The position numbers were made by a program, and so were the translations under genes. From the NCBI GenBank assembly GCA_020137815.1, contig CM035352.1, positions 8,928,001 through 8,992,000 of the forward strand: 64,000 bases of DNA. The letters are read 5' to 3'. This DNA comes from Hormiphora californensis. Its lineage: Eukaryota > Animalia > Ctenophora. This document shows, one piece after another, positions 25,068 through 38,099 of the stretch; the first letter of the stretch is position 1, and each line of letters begins with the position of its first letter. The notes beneath the pieces are model-generated. The model worked only from the letters and a program-made list of their open reading frames with translations. It did not search any database and was not told the origin of the DNA.

Positions 25068-26790
25068 TATCTGGTATCGAACTAATTTTATCCTTCCTAA
25101 AACTGGGGTGGAGCGGGGTAAGCGATAAACACATTCGATACCTAAAGACCTGTGTTGAAAACCTACTCATATTTGGGGACGAGATCAACCATGATACCAA
25201 ACTCCGAGACATATTGCATTTTTTAACAGTACTAACTGTACTAACGTCCCACACTTCATGGCGATGTACGTTATGGGAATTGTATGCATCATCCTGTGCA
25301 AAACATTTAGTGGCAATGCTGAATCCCAACATGACGCCTGGTGAAGAATCAATAACCTAGAGAAAATACAAGGTACAAGAGGGACATATCAAGGCCATGA
25401 AGAGATATCTGGAATCTGGAGTTCATCAAATGAATAAATGTGGTATAATGAAGGCTTCACACGGACCAAAATCGAGATATTGAAAGCCTTGAAGAAGAGA
25501 CTGAGAGACCATTACAGTATAATGAGGATAACCGACTATCCGGCGAGACAGTGGAGAGAACAGCTTATCGAAGGCTTATGTGATCATACTATCGAAGGGT
25601 TGTATGTGATCATACTTTCATCATCGCGTAATTTATAAATTCATTGTATAATTATATTTGCTAAGTTTATATTATATTTATTCCCTCATATATTGTTGTG
25701 TTTATATTATATTTATTCCCTCATATATTGTTGTTAAAGGAGGGACATGACTACCGTTATTGCACGATACCAGAGAATCAAAGCAGAAGCGGGCACCCAG
25801 AGAAATCATCAACAGATATTGTGGAGGATCTAAAACTATCCTACTCGACAGAACACCCAGAGAGCGGTGGATTCCACCGGGTGGAACTTGCGTTAGTTGG
25901 AGGAGGATAAAAGCCATTTGAAATCCCAGCGTGAACTCATACTATTGTCCCTGAACACAACGATTCCCACTCCTAGTCCCAATCCATTCTCATTTAGGAA
26001 CACCTGGAGAGCGGTGGAACTTGCGTTAGTTGACAGGGCGAAGTTTACCCAGACAAGAGACAGTGTTGCCTCTAGTACTGCCCATTCTTTACAATTGTTG
26101 AATAGAAAGTTCAAGGAATTGATTTAAAAGCGATGGATCTAGATAATTATGGCAACATTCTTCTGTGAACCATATTGGAGTTAAATATTTTCTTACAGTC
26201 GGGGTGAGATACAAAGGGATGTATTCAATACCCCGGGAGTTCAGGAAACCTGGGTACGTCTGGAAGTTGAAGAAACCGATCTATGGTTTGGATGATGCAT
26301 CTCGGAGCTGATATTTTACGATCTCTAATGCTCTACAGGAGGTTTGTGGGGTTTCCCGCATCGATAAGACGACGTTTTACGGAAGAAATTTTGTGCTTTT
26401 ATCCCCTTTTATCTTAGTACCCCAGAACCAGCAGTACCCCAGAACCAGCAGTAGCCGTAACCGTTAAAAACTGAAACATACTACTGCATTATATTTATTA
26501 TCTGGTATCGAACTAATTTTACGTATGCGAGAAGCTGTACTAGCACAGTCCTGGATTTCATCGATATTTCGTTCCAACACCTTATATCGAGTTGTAATGA
26601 AGGCGTACATTGAAAAAAAGTGGTGATCCCCTCCCAGCTCTCCCCCTCCTGTAACAAATAATCGGCCCCGCCCCCTGTTGTAACAGTGTTTCTTCACACA
26701 GCTTATTTCCAGAGCTACTACTAGAGCATTGAAACATCCTAGTCTTACTGTAATTATACAATTCACTAAGAGGAACTCCAGGGACAGCAG

Positions 26791-26910
26791 TTGATCTTGA
26801 GAGAGCACCTCACATGCCCTGTATACCACGAGGTCACCACTACAAACATCATCGCAGCTGTGAGCACGGTCACATTGTCTGTGCGAAATGCAAAGAATTG
26901 GGGAGTTTGG
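26791..26910 (+). pseudogene. SINA/Siah-like RING fragment
   Basis: LREHLTCPVYHEV then (frameshift) SCEHGHIVCAKCKEL; near-identical to 21100-21208. Confidence 0.65.
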
Positions 26911-27336
26911 AGTTCTACTCTCAACCTGGTGACACTGCATCAAGAGAGACATGAACGAGGAATGAAGTTATTATAACAGAATTACCCGAGTGCTGGAGAG
27001 AGGTTGTTAGAGGATACATGATGGAATTGCGATAACTGCCGCCGATATATTGGAAGGCGAAACCTGTGTTTGCCCTAAAGTAAACAAACGCATTAAAGGT
27101 AATTATGCTTTAACAATATCCTAAACATTTGATAGAAAATCTTGAGCCACGTTGAAGATAGCTTTGACAATTTACTAAAGATTTGTTAGAAATATTTTAC
27201 CGCGTGGGTGCTGTGACCCTATAAATAATGGACTGAACGAGAAGAATCAGCCTGACACTTCCTGGAACTGTACTGTTACCGGTTTTCCCATTTTTATGCA
27301 TTCCAAAAATTTCTGATATTTTGATACTTTGATTAA

Positions 27337-27750
27337 CCCTTTGGAGACGATTGGGTCACAGCCCACAGGTGACCCAGTACTTTGAACCCATTTAGCATTT
27401 AAATAGGTGATACTAATGGAATTGGAAATGAGGGGGGCCAGGCCACTACAGCAGCATTACCACCAGCAATATTCGGGTGATGGAAAAATACATAAAAAAA
27501 TCTACATCCCCTAAAAAGAGGATTTCGGATGAAAGTCAAACTGCCCAAAATTACGCCCAGAAAACTGTGGGATCCTAAACTACAGCCGCTTAATACAACA
27601 GAGCTACAAAAGGAGCTAATTCTGGAAATATCGGTCTTTCTCGAGAAATTATAATATAGGAAGCTAAAATATACACCAATTCGGGGACTTTCACACGGCC
27701 CTATAAAAATATCATTGTTATCCATCCAAGAGGAAAAGATTAGACACACA
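27337..27750 (+). mobile_element. Possible piggyBac-type left end, truncated
   Basis: TTAA|CCCTTTGG start followed by hairpin TGGGTCAC...GTGACCCA; no matching right end found. Confidence 0.3.
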
Positions 27751-28907
27751 GCAACGGCAGGATCGTCGGAGAACGAGGAATTGAAACAGTTCAGGGCATG
27801 AATGGGAACAGTTCAAGGTATGAATGGGAACAGTTCAAGGCATCGACAGCTAGGTAAAATCATGAGAGTATCACCGCATCCAGAAACATCAATGTAGAGG
27901 TAGAGGATCGTCATGACAGGGAAATCAACACCAAGAAACATTCGAGAGATCTGGAGAGATCTATCAACAAAATAAAATTCTGTCCACAATAGGAAATGGG
28001 AGATTCCAACTGGTATTCAAGATGCCATCACGACAACATATGTAGATAACTCATGTTCCCAGAATGTTGTGGGATGTGAAATTCTAGAAGATCTATGGAC
28101 GTTGGAGCGTCAGAGGACGTTAAGAATCGAAAAAAATACACGCGAACAGTGTTTGAATCCAGGAAGAGTAGGAAATGCCGGAGTCCGCATGTAATTCAGA
28201 ATACCGGTAAAACAGCACTTGAAGTGATTCCGAGCAGAACTTATCCTTATCCAAGCTCTGATTCCGAGCTTGGACAATCAGAGAGAATGAGGAAGCAAGT
28301 AACATCGCGGCCAACTCCAGAAGAAGTGAGGAAAGAGAGCGTGAGAGGGATACCAACATCACTCAACGCAACATACGAGACATGGAGCGGACAATCAACA
28401 TGATCGTGATTCCTGCTGCAGTAGGAATTGCCGGAGTCCGCATGGAATTCAAAATACCGGTAAAACAGCACTTGAAGATGACACACGCCCCAAGGAAGCT
28501 CTGGGACATACGCTTGCAGCCATTTAATACATCAGAGCTGCAAAGAATCTTGAATCCTGAGATAAACATTCTGCTCCAGATCGTGGTCGAGGAAAAGAAT
28601 GTGGTAAAAAATACACGCAATCAGTGTATATATTGATGTTGTATTATATAGTAAAACTAGAACAGTCAACCCATTTTACAGGAGATGACTTGGCTTGAAC
28701 AGTGAGACCAAACCGAAAGAGCCAAATTTAGACGAGAGAAGCCACCACATGACTCAACTTTCCGACTGTCTTTCTACTGTGAATATATGGAGAGTGAGGA
28801 CCTAGGAGACAGACCTAGGAGACTGAGACCACTGTCAGGATAACCAGCATGGAGCACAGAGACTGTACACTATAAACTGAGTGTATAGTGTAATGTCCCC
28901 CTTTCAG

Positions 28908-29280
28908 CTCATTGGCAATGGGCAGGCAGTAATGCTGGAGAACGCCAAACTGGCGATACAGGCCAATGTTCGAGCAATGTTTGACGAATGGTCAACCCAG
29001 AAGGGAGTAAGAGACATTTCCTTTAACAAGGCCTTTGTTGTAGTTACAGATGAAAAGACTTTTATGGTGCAGTAATGCTTGAAATCGCAAGACTTGTCGT
29101 TCAAGCGAACGAAAAAGTACTCGTATCACGTGGCACCGGAGATCATAACAACTGAGATGATCACGGGCTTCTGTCATTGGTCACTGAACAAGATGGGAAG
29201 TTCATGGTCTGTGACCTGCAAGGAGTGGGAAAGACTCCAGATGCTGCAACGAGCGATGAGTTTGACCCGTTCACAGTAAT
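28908..29280 (+). pseudogene. Alpha-kinase (eEF2K/MHCK family) catalytic-domain pseudogene
   Basis: AIQANVRAMFDEW...ISFNKAFVV...FMVQ then GFCHWSLNK..GKFMVCDLQGVG, with stop and frameshifts. Confidence 0.75.
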
Positions 29281-29355
29281 ATTTAACTAACTGTGGGTGC
29301 AAACTTTGGGTGATAAAGGAAGGTGTTATATATTTGTAATATTAATTGATATGTA

Positions 29356-29470
29356 CCACCACTGATACCCCACCACCTACACCGATACCCCACCACCTAC
29401 ACCGATACCCCACCACCAACTACACACCACCACCTACACCGACACACCACCACCAACTACACACCACCGA
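29356..29470 (+). repeat. Short C/A-rich tandem repeat (~21 bp)
   Basis: CCACCACCTACACCGATACC units. Confidence 0.8.
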
Positions 29471-29489
29471 AATAAATTTGTTTACCTCT

Positions 29490-30430
29490 CAATCAATATA
29501 CAAATAGCTGAACTATTCGGGAAAGCAATCGAGGGAATAGTAGAGTCGATAACTACATCGACTTCTCCCAATTGTTCCAGTTTTTGTCACATCTGTTTGG
29601 AGCCTCGACACGACCTCTAAACAGGTGTTACTTTTTCACAAACTGTTTTCATCTTGGTGTAATCAGCAGTTGAAATGTTGCTAATCATAACAAAAACCTG
29701 ACTAAATTTTTTCAACTTGGGGTAAAACCATGGGTGTCAAAAGTTAGCTCTAGGTCCCCTGAGTAACCATCCGGAGACTCTAAGAGATATTTCAAGCCGT
29801 TCTCCCGTAATCATTAATCCCGGTGGAGAAAAAAATACAATGCGGACGTACGTGAGCGCTGGCAGGCTGTTTACATGTTATTGTATGTCTCTCACTCTCT
29901 CTGGAAAATCCGCACGTGCGGTTGCGCCGCGCGAGATAACTCTTTCTCAAGGGGGAGAAAAGAGAGAGACGCACATTAACGTTATACATTAAAGTTGAGG
30001 TTGTAGGCAATTGCACGTACGTCCATACTCAAATATGTGCTCTACCGGGATTAATGATTACAGGAGAACGGCTTGAAATATCTCTTAGAGTCTCCGGATG
30101 GTTACTCAGGGGACCTAGAGCTAACTTTTGACACCCATGGTTTTACCCCAAGTTGAAAAAATTTAGTCAGGTTTTTGTTATGATTAGCAACATTTCAACT
30201 GCTGATTACACCAAGATGAAAACAGTTTGTGAAAAAGTAACACCTGTTTAGAGGTCGTGTCGAGGCTCCAAACAGATGTGACAAAAACTGGAACAATTGG
30301 GAGAAGTCGATGTAGTTATCGACTCTACTAGAAACGAATGACAGGAAATTTCGCGTCCGGATTTCAAAAGTGTGGCTTATGGCCGGTAAAGGACGAAATA
30401 TTTGAAGGACAGTGTTTGACAGCCCATCAG
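29490..30430 (+). pseudogene. pogo/Tigger-like (DDE_1) transposase C-terminal scrap, split by an insertion
   Basis: IAELFGKAIE...GNFASGFQKCGLWPVKDEIFE matches the post-DDE 'N..SGF.KCG..P....F' motif. Confidence 0.6.
29538..30330. mobile_element. Palindromic non-autonomous element, Academ-like
   Basis: ~290-bp near-perfect arms; termini TAGTAGAG...CTCTACTA; 3-bp TSD GAA (29535-29537, 30331-30333). Confidence 0.8.
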
Positions 30431-30609
30431 AACCCCTCAAAGAGTATAACGGACCCTGCAGCTCCGATCTCTCATCTGATGAAGGACATCCGGACACCAA
30501 TTCCATTGACCCAGCAGACATATTACCCACCATCACCTACAGTGGTAAAGGAAAATAACGGAGGAAAACCAACAGCAGTGCTGGTTCAGTGGTAATCACC
30601 AGTAGCCCG

Positions 30610-30969
30610 CACTTGAACAAGGTCTCATGGTCGGCGAGACAGAACTCGTGAGACCGATGGAAAATTCATGGTGACTTACTTAAGGAGTCGGCAGCACATT
30701 AATGGACCCGGACGAGTTTGACCCGTTCACATTACCCTAGTTTCCGATTTACATCAGGACCGTGTTGGAAAATCGTATCGAACACCGGAGACGTCTACAC
30801 CTACCACGTTGCTCCTAATACCATTAACACGGAAATGATGACGGGCTTCTGTCATTGGTCTCTCAATAAAACTGATGGGAAGTTCTGCGACCTACAAGGT
30901 GTGGGTAAAACATTCATGGACCCGGAGGCTGCGACGAGCGATGAGTTTGACCCGTTCACAGCAATGTGA
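30610..30969 (+). pseudogene. Two tandem alpha-kinase C-lobe fragments
   Basis: 30610-30730 degenerate TDGKFMV..GVG..LMDPDEFDPFT; 30740-30969 YHVAPNTINTEMMTGFCHWSLNKTDGKFCDLQGVGKTFMDPEAATSDEFDPFTAM*. Confidence 0.78.
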
Positions 30970-31910
30970 TTAATAATTATATTTACTACACTATTATATT
31001 ATTTGTTTGTTGTTGAGGGAGGGACAGGCCAGAGACCGTCGCCAGCTGGGCCCCACCCACGGTCTCCAGAATGATCCAAACCAGGAATCATTATATATAA
31101 TGTTAACAACAGGAATCATTATATGTCTTCCTGTTGTTAACCGCCGATACACCTGTACCTGCAACCCGGATCCACCCACCGAGACTCCATCTCCACAGTA
31201 ACTTATCACTTATGCTTACATTCAAAGACCAGGCCGACACCACCTATTGGGACTATTGATGAACCCCAACAGTATCATGGTGATACTATAAGGAAAGTGT
31301 TTATATTTGTAATATTTGATACGTGCCACCACCGACGACACCACCGAAGTATTAGATATTTCTAAGTTTTTGTACTGTGTTATTTGCGGCGTTGCCAACA
31401 ACGACAACTACCAGGAGTCATCCTAGACAGGCAGCTTACAACAACAACGACAATGTCAGTATTCGATATGTTGCGGTCCAGGTACGTGAGTATATTGTAC
31501 CTGACCAATAAATAATGTTATGGCCACTACATGAATAAATAATGTTATGGCCACTATGATTTAATTTTGTAATCAATATAAAGTAGAACCCCGTCCCCGA
31601 TTTACCGGGAGGAAAAACTTACCCCGATATAATGGGAATTTAGTTGCCAATTAGTAATCACAAAAGGTTTTTATGGAAAAGGAGCTCATGGAAGCTTCAC
31701 GTATATAATATTTAATCTGCTTTATCGGGAAAACATTAGAATAAACAATGCAGAGCGATCTGTTCTATCAGTATTATAAAGCAAGAACGTTTATATGGAT
31801 TTGGAATCCGGACAGTGATATTATATAAGCCGGTGCGAGTGAGATATCCATTGTTGTGCTTACCCCACCTTTTACCTACCTGTTACCTACCACCTTTACA
31901 TACACCTTAC

Positions 31911-33261
31911 CAGGAAGCGACCGAATATTCGGTTCGGTTCGGTTCGGTTCGGAAATTCGGTGTTTTTTGGGCGGTTCGGTTCGGTTCGGTTCGGTAGGAA
32001 ATTTTGGCCGAACCACCGAATTTTTTGGTCAAAAAATGCCCAGAAATCGGGCTTTTTCATGCAAAATTTTTCAATTATTTCACGAAAATTGTATGGATTT
32101 CAATGTCAATTTCGCCGTATTAACCCTATTTCGAATCGGTGGTGCTATGTGGAAATGATTTCGCTAGTTAGCGGGTTCGATATGGATTGATTTGATACCT
32201 GACTTCCCGTCGAATCGTGTCCTCATGAGAGGGTCAACAAATTCAGAAACTTTTTTTTCAAAAAATTCATGGAGAGCACCGATCAAGGTGTTAAGAATCA
32301 TTCTCTGAAATTTTGTAAAAAAAGTTTGGAAAATATTTCAAAGTCAATTTTATGGAAAATTTTCTATGTCAATTTTTGCGTACGAATCGTGTTTCGAATC
32401 GGTATTGCTAAGCGGGAGTGATGTTGCTAATTAGTGGGTCCGAGATGGATTATGCTGATACGTGATCCCCCATCAAATCTAATTAGGAAGTTTAGGGGAA
32501 ACGATTCATGTTTCAATAAATCCTGCTAATTATCGAGAGCACTGCCGCATAGCATCACCGATTCGCAACACGATTCGTACGGCAAAATTGACATAGAATT
32601 TTTTTTCCGAAATTGACTTTGAAATATTTTACAAAGTTTTTTCACAAAATTAAATGTTTCTCTAAAAATTCATGGAGAGCATCGATCAAGGTATTGAGAA
32701 TCATTACCTGAAATTTTGTGAATTTTTTTTTGTGAAAAATATTTTAAGTAAATTATGGTATACGAATCGTGTTTCTAATCGACAATGCTAAACGGGAGTG
32801 ATGTTGGTAATTAGTGGGTCCGAGATGGATTGTGCTGATACGTGATCCCCCATCAAATCTAATTAGGAAATTTAGAGAGACACGATTCATGGTTCGTTTA
32901 ATCCTGCTAATTAGCAATACCATTCCCGTATAGCATTGCCGATTCGAAACACGATTCGTACGCAAAAATTGACATAGAAAATTTACGATAAAATTGACTT
33001 TGAAAATTTTTTCACAAAATTGACTTTGAAATTTTTTCAAACATTTTTTAACAAAATTTCAGAGAATGATTCTCAATACCTTGATCGGTGCTCTCCATGA
33101 CTTTTTAGAGAAACATTTATATAGAAAAAGTTTTGTATGGTTCGGTTCGGTTCGGTTACCGAAATTCGGTTCGGTTCGGTTCGGTTCGGTTCGGTAAAAC
33201 AGTTTTTCAAATTCGGTTCGGTTCGGTTCGGTGGAAAAAAACCCGGTTCGGTCGTTTCCTG
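31911..33261. mobile_element. Non-autonomous hAT element with (GGTTC)n subterminal repeats
   Basis: TIR CAGGAAGCGACCGAA / TTCGGTCGTTTCCTG; 8-bp TSD CACCTTAC; TIR related to the 750-858 MITE. Confidence 0.92.
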
Positions 33262-33830
33262 CACCTTACAACCGTTATAGTCGTACCCGTTACATCAAAA
33301 AGAACATGTCCCAAGCTGAGGGCGTGCAACGATCAGGAAATACCGGCTCCCTCGACTCGGGACAATGGTGACCTTGATGGGACCTTTCTTTTTTAATGGA
33401 CCTGTTTTCGGTGCTGGACAGCTGTTTCCATCCATTGCGATATTCACTATCAGTAGAAGCACGAAAGTTTATATGGACTCTGAAGCCATATAATATATAT
33501 ATATATATTATAAAGCGGGAGCGAGTGAGGCATTGGTGTGTTTTACCCCTCGTTTTTACCTTACCACATTATCTGTAGTCGTACTAATTACAATAACAGA
33601 ACATGGCACATTCAGATTTTTGTTTTCTGTTGCAACCCCCAGTAACTCTACGTCTTACAGACTCTACGTCTTACCTGTTTCACCCGGTGAGTCGACCCGC
33701 AGCACTTGTGATACAGTAACCCCCCCCCCTTCCTAGCACCCTTTACACCAGTCAGATGTTTTTGAAGCTGTCACCTCCCCCCTTTTTGCCGCCTTTTTAT
33801 TAACTTCCATTTTCTTTTCAGGTTATTACA

Positions 33831-34073
33831 ATGCCCCTGAAGAGACTTATAGTAACAGAGTGTTCCGTCCAGAAGAAGCTGTCCACGTATCTTCGTGTAG
33901 GGACCGATGGAGGGACTTTTGTATGTTTTAAGATGGGGTTGAAGCATCGGTTAAGACCAAGGAGCAGAATACTTGCTGTAATTAAGGAGAGCTTCAAGGA
34001 CTCCAGTGACCAGCACCCCTCCGGCCGGGATACCACCAAGGTTGCAGAGAATTTGGGAGACACTGTCATATAA
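33831..34073 (+). CDS. Small basic protein of unknown function (MPLKRLIVT family), copy 1
   Basis: Acceptor TTTTCAG| 9 nt before the ATG; paralogs at 35219 and 49028 with synonymous divergence. Confidence 0.55.
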   Translation: MPLKRLIVTECSVQKKLSTYLRVGTDGGTFVCFKMGLKHRLRPRSRILAVIKESFKDSSDQHPSGRDTTKVAENLGDTVI

Positions 34074-35218
34074 TGGCAGGGGGGATAATTTCTTGCAGCG
34101 GGAGGGCGCAGAGAGGCATAACGGTACCTGCAGCCACTGTTGACGATGGTGAGGCATCTAGCACCCTGAAATAAAACGGGATTACCCATCCAAGAGGATT
34201 TTTTTCGAGATTGTAGGATGGGTTTCTATATTCTGTTGATGATTCCAGATTTGGCCACACCGATGCCGTCAAATCCATATATTACAACATGGCGGTACTT
34301 TTATACTATTTATGTAATTTTATATCTTTTATATCTTTTGTACGTATTTCATCTTTTCTTTTACATCTACCAGCTCCCATTACTCCCCTTAGCACAATGA
34401 TCCCCCTTCTTCATCCCTAGATCAGCAAAGGACAAGGAATCATCCCTACAATAAATGGGGACATGTACACGGCTGCATATAGGAAATCCTCAATAAAAAC
34501 CAACACCTTCCAAGATACCCTTGTGGGTTTTGTGGCAAACCATCAACATCGGCAAGAAATTTCCCTAGCCCTTTCCACCACGAGATCCTACGTACCCTGC
34601 AGAAGGGAAAGTGGATGTTGAGAAACATTTGGAAAACGAGTGCCGGACATGAGTCAGCGACCGGTTTAACTCACTACTACCTGGACAGAAGAACAAAGGT
34701 GGATATTGAATACGTTCAGGTTTTGATGAGATGCCTATCAAACCATGAAAAGGGTGAGTTGTTATATGTACATGATAATTGACAGCTATAGTATAGAGTG
34801 AATTAAAGATGATGTTTTTGACATTCACTCTTGTATATAAACCACCCGGCAGGTGTACAAAGAGTAATTCTTGCATTTTATCAGTGATTACATCTTTATT
34901 TTACATATTTTATATCTTTTACATCTTTTATAGCTTTTACATCTTTTTTATCTGTTATATATTTTATATCTTTTATATTTGGCACTATCGGAAAATCACA
35001 AGGTAATTCAATTATTTCGCTTCGTTTTAAATCAATCCCGCAGTATTCTCTACGTCTCACAGAACCTGTTTCACCCGGTGAGTCGACCCGCAGCACTTGT
35101 GATACAGTAACCCTCCCCCCCCCCTTCCTAGCACCCTTTACACCAGTCAGATGTTTTTGTCACCCCCCCTTTTTTGCCGCCTTTTTATTAACTTCCATTT
35201 TCTTTTCCGGTTATTACA

Positions 35219-35470
35219 ATGCCCCTGAAGAGACTTATAGTAACAGAGTGTTCCGTCCAGAAGAAGCTGTCCACGTATCTTCGTGTAGAAACCGATGGAG
35301 GGACTTTTGTACGTTCTAAGATGGGGTTGAAGCATCGGTTAAGACCAAGGAGCAGAATACTTGCTGTAATTAAGGAGAGCTTCAAGGACTCCAGTGACCA
35401 GCACGCCTCCGGCCAGGATACCATCATGTGTTGCGTCGTGGTCGTTTCTATTCTATCGGAAATTCATTAA
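35219..35470 (+). CDS. MPLKRLIVT family, copy 2 (upstream acceptor mutated CAG>CCG)
   Basis: Near-identical to 33831 for 65 codons; part of the 33660-34510 / 35048-36400 duplication. Confidence 0.45.
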   Translation: MPLKRLIVTECSVQKKLSTYLRVETDGGTFVRSKMGLKHRLRPRSRILAVIKESFKDSSDQHASGQDTIMCCVVVVSILSEIH

Positions 35471-36029
35471 CTCCTACATAACCTCATATAAACCACCCGA
35501 CAGGTGTACCAAGAGCAATTCTTGCATTTTATCAGTGATTACATCTTTATTTTACATATTATTTATATCTTTTACATCTTTTATATCTTTTACATCTTTT
35601 TATCTGTTATATATTTTATATCTTTTATATTTGGCACTATCGGAAAGTCATAAGGTAATTCAATTATTTCGCTTCGTTTTAAATCTTGAGAGATTTACCA
35701 TTTTGGGAGACACTGTCATATAATGGCAGGGGGGATAATTTCTTGCAGCGGGAGGGCGCAGAGAGGCATAACGGTACCTGCAGCCCCTGTTGACGATGGT
35801 GAGGCATCTAGCACCCTGAAATAAAACGGGAATACCCATCCAAGAGGATTATTTTCGAGATTGTAGGTTGGGTTTCTATATTCTGTTGATGATTCCAGAT
35901 TTCCGAGGGTTTTATGTAATTCTTGCAACATACGGGCGTCTCAACAAGGGTGGTGAATCAATATATGAGTATCCTCTCAGGTGGCCTCTCTACAGTGTAG
36001 ACTATACCTAGATCCTATAGATATGAACT

Positions 36030-36170
36030 ATTTGGTTGGATTTACACATTGGACTCTAGAGAGGACTGCCAAAAAGAATGGCAATCATGGATTTGCAGGG
36101 GATTGGGGGTACTTTAATAGACCCTGAATGCTGCACATCAAGTGAAGGAGACCCCAACAAATACCTCTAC
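36030..36170 (+). pseudogene. Divergent alpha-kinase C-lobe fragment
   Basis: LVGFTHWTLERTAK (frameshift) MAIMDLQGIGGTLIDPECCTSSEGDP. Confidence 0.72.
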
Positions 36171-37105
36171 TATGTATGGCAGTACTTTTATCTTATTTAT
36201 GTAATTTTATATCTTTTATATTTTTTGTACCTATTTCATCTTTTCTTTTACATCTACCAGCTCCCATTACTCCCATCACCACAATGATCCCCTTCTTCAT
36301 CCCTAGATCAGCAAAAGACATTCCCTGCAATAAATGGGGACATGTACACGGCTGCATATAGGACAGCACATCCTCAATAAAAACCAACACCTTCCAAGAA
36401 AGGACAAGGAACGCCATCATCATTTTGTGGCATGTACAAACCCTCAACATCGGAGGTACATGTGGTACTCCTTTTCAAAAGCGTACGGATCCCAGAGGAA
36501 CCAAAGAACGAGAATGAGATATATATTAGTAGATATCTTTTCTTATACATCTTTTACATTTTCTATATTTTTATATTTGGATCTGTCACTGACAGACAAC
36601 TCTATCGGAAAGTCATTCACTCCTACATAACCTCATAAAACTAGGACACAGGCGTGAGTCATATATATCCACGTTTTGATTTTAGAAGACCGGGAGAGAA
36701 CACAAAACTAAAAAAACCACTTTCTTTGTTCTGTGCTCAAAACCTTCTTTGCCTTGTCTAACCAACAAAATCTCTGTGTTTTCTCTGACTCTATGGGAGG
36801 TGAAGTGGCTGCTGCATCGGTGAAATGAAGTGTAAAAAAGGAGGAAGGGGGACATATAATAAAGCGGCAAAGATAGCGAGGTAGAACACCAAAGAGGTAT
36901 TCCCCACCTATTTAGATGAGAACTCAATCCTCAAGACTGAAAGACTGTGAAAAGAATTTAAATTATTGAATAGAATTGTATATTACTACTTTTTATTTTT
37001 ACATCTTTTAACACCTTTTAAATCTTCTATATCTTTTATATTTAGATCTGCCAGTGACAGACAATTCACGTTCACTCCTCCTACCTCATCAAACTAGGAA
37101 ACAGG

Positions 37106-37284
37106 CAGTGGGGTAGCACCCCAACATCATATTATACCACAAGCAGTGCAGTGGGGTAGCACCCCAACATCATATTATACCAGTGGGGTAGCACCCCAAC
37201 ATCATATTATACCACATGCAGTGGGGTAGCACCCCAACATCATATTATACCAGTGCAGTGGGGTAGCACCCCAACATCATACCA
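37106..37284 (+). repeat. Tandem repeat, 5 copies (~32-42 bp), each with a small hairpin
   Basis: CAGTGGGGTAGCACCCCAACATCATATTATAC; stem TGGGGT/ACCCCA. Confidence 0.9.
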
Positions 37285-38099
37285 AAGGGTCATTGTCCCA
37301 AAGGCCACGTACGGAACCATTGCTTGGAGCCACAAGTTAAAATCCCTCGATCGGAAACTAAACTAGATATCAGCTAACGCGGCCAACACAAGGACCCTCC
37401 TCACTGAACAGGCGCAACTCCCCTAGCTATACCATCAAATGAGGTGGAGGTGGATTCTATACCTCAGTGGATAGCCAGAGAAGCAGAAAAGGGATTAGCT
37501 GATATCAAGAAGAAGGGTTCTGTGAGAACATCTATGAGGTAGAAAACACCTGGAAGAGGGTACTACTAACACTATAAGGAGTAGGCAGGACGGCTCCTTT
37601 TATTAAAAAAAGATAAATAAAAATGAACAATAATGAACTTTGTAACGATGTAACTGGTGTATCTAAGTGTATCCAACTGTATCCAACTGTATCCTTATTG
37701 TAACAACAATTATTTAGTTTTAAAGACCAAGCATCTTTGTATCAACTTGTTTAATTGTCACCAGATTGTTAATAACCCGGAGAAGGAGGTCAAACTCTGT
37801 TTTATGGGAGGGGGGTGAATATGATCATCTCCACGCATACAATAGAGATTCAGCATAGTGATTAAGCATAGCGATTAATCCAACCCTAACCCCTAACTAA
37901 AACCAAACAATAACCTAGGGACTTGATATATACTTTGATTAAACGGGTGATAAGAAAGACCGCTGAGGCAAACCTCTTTGACCTTACTGACTACGCTAAC
38001 AAGCAGACTAAAATTCCCAAGGTACCCAAAAGGCTAAAGAGTGAGATAAGGAAGGTTCCTGAGAACAGGAAGAATTTGAATTATTGATCGGAACTATTA

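Noticed and set aside
37106-37284. CRISPR-like array (hairpin-containing repeat)
   Set aside because: Units are nearly contiguous with no unique spacers; eukaryotic context and no cas genes.
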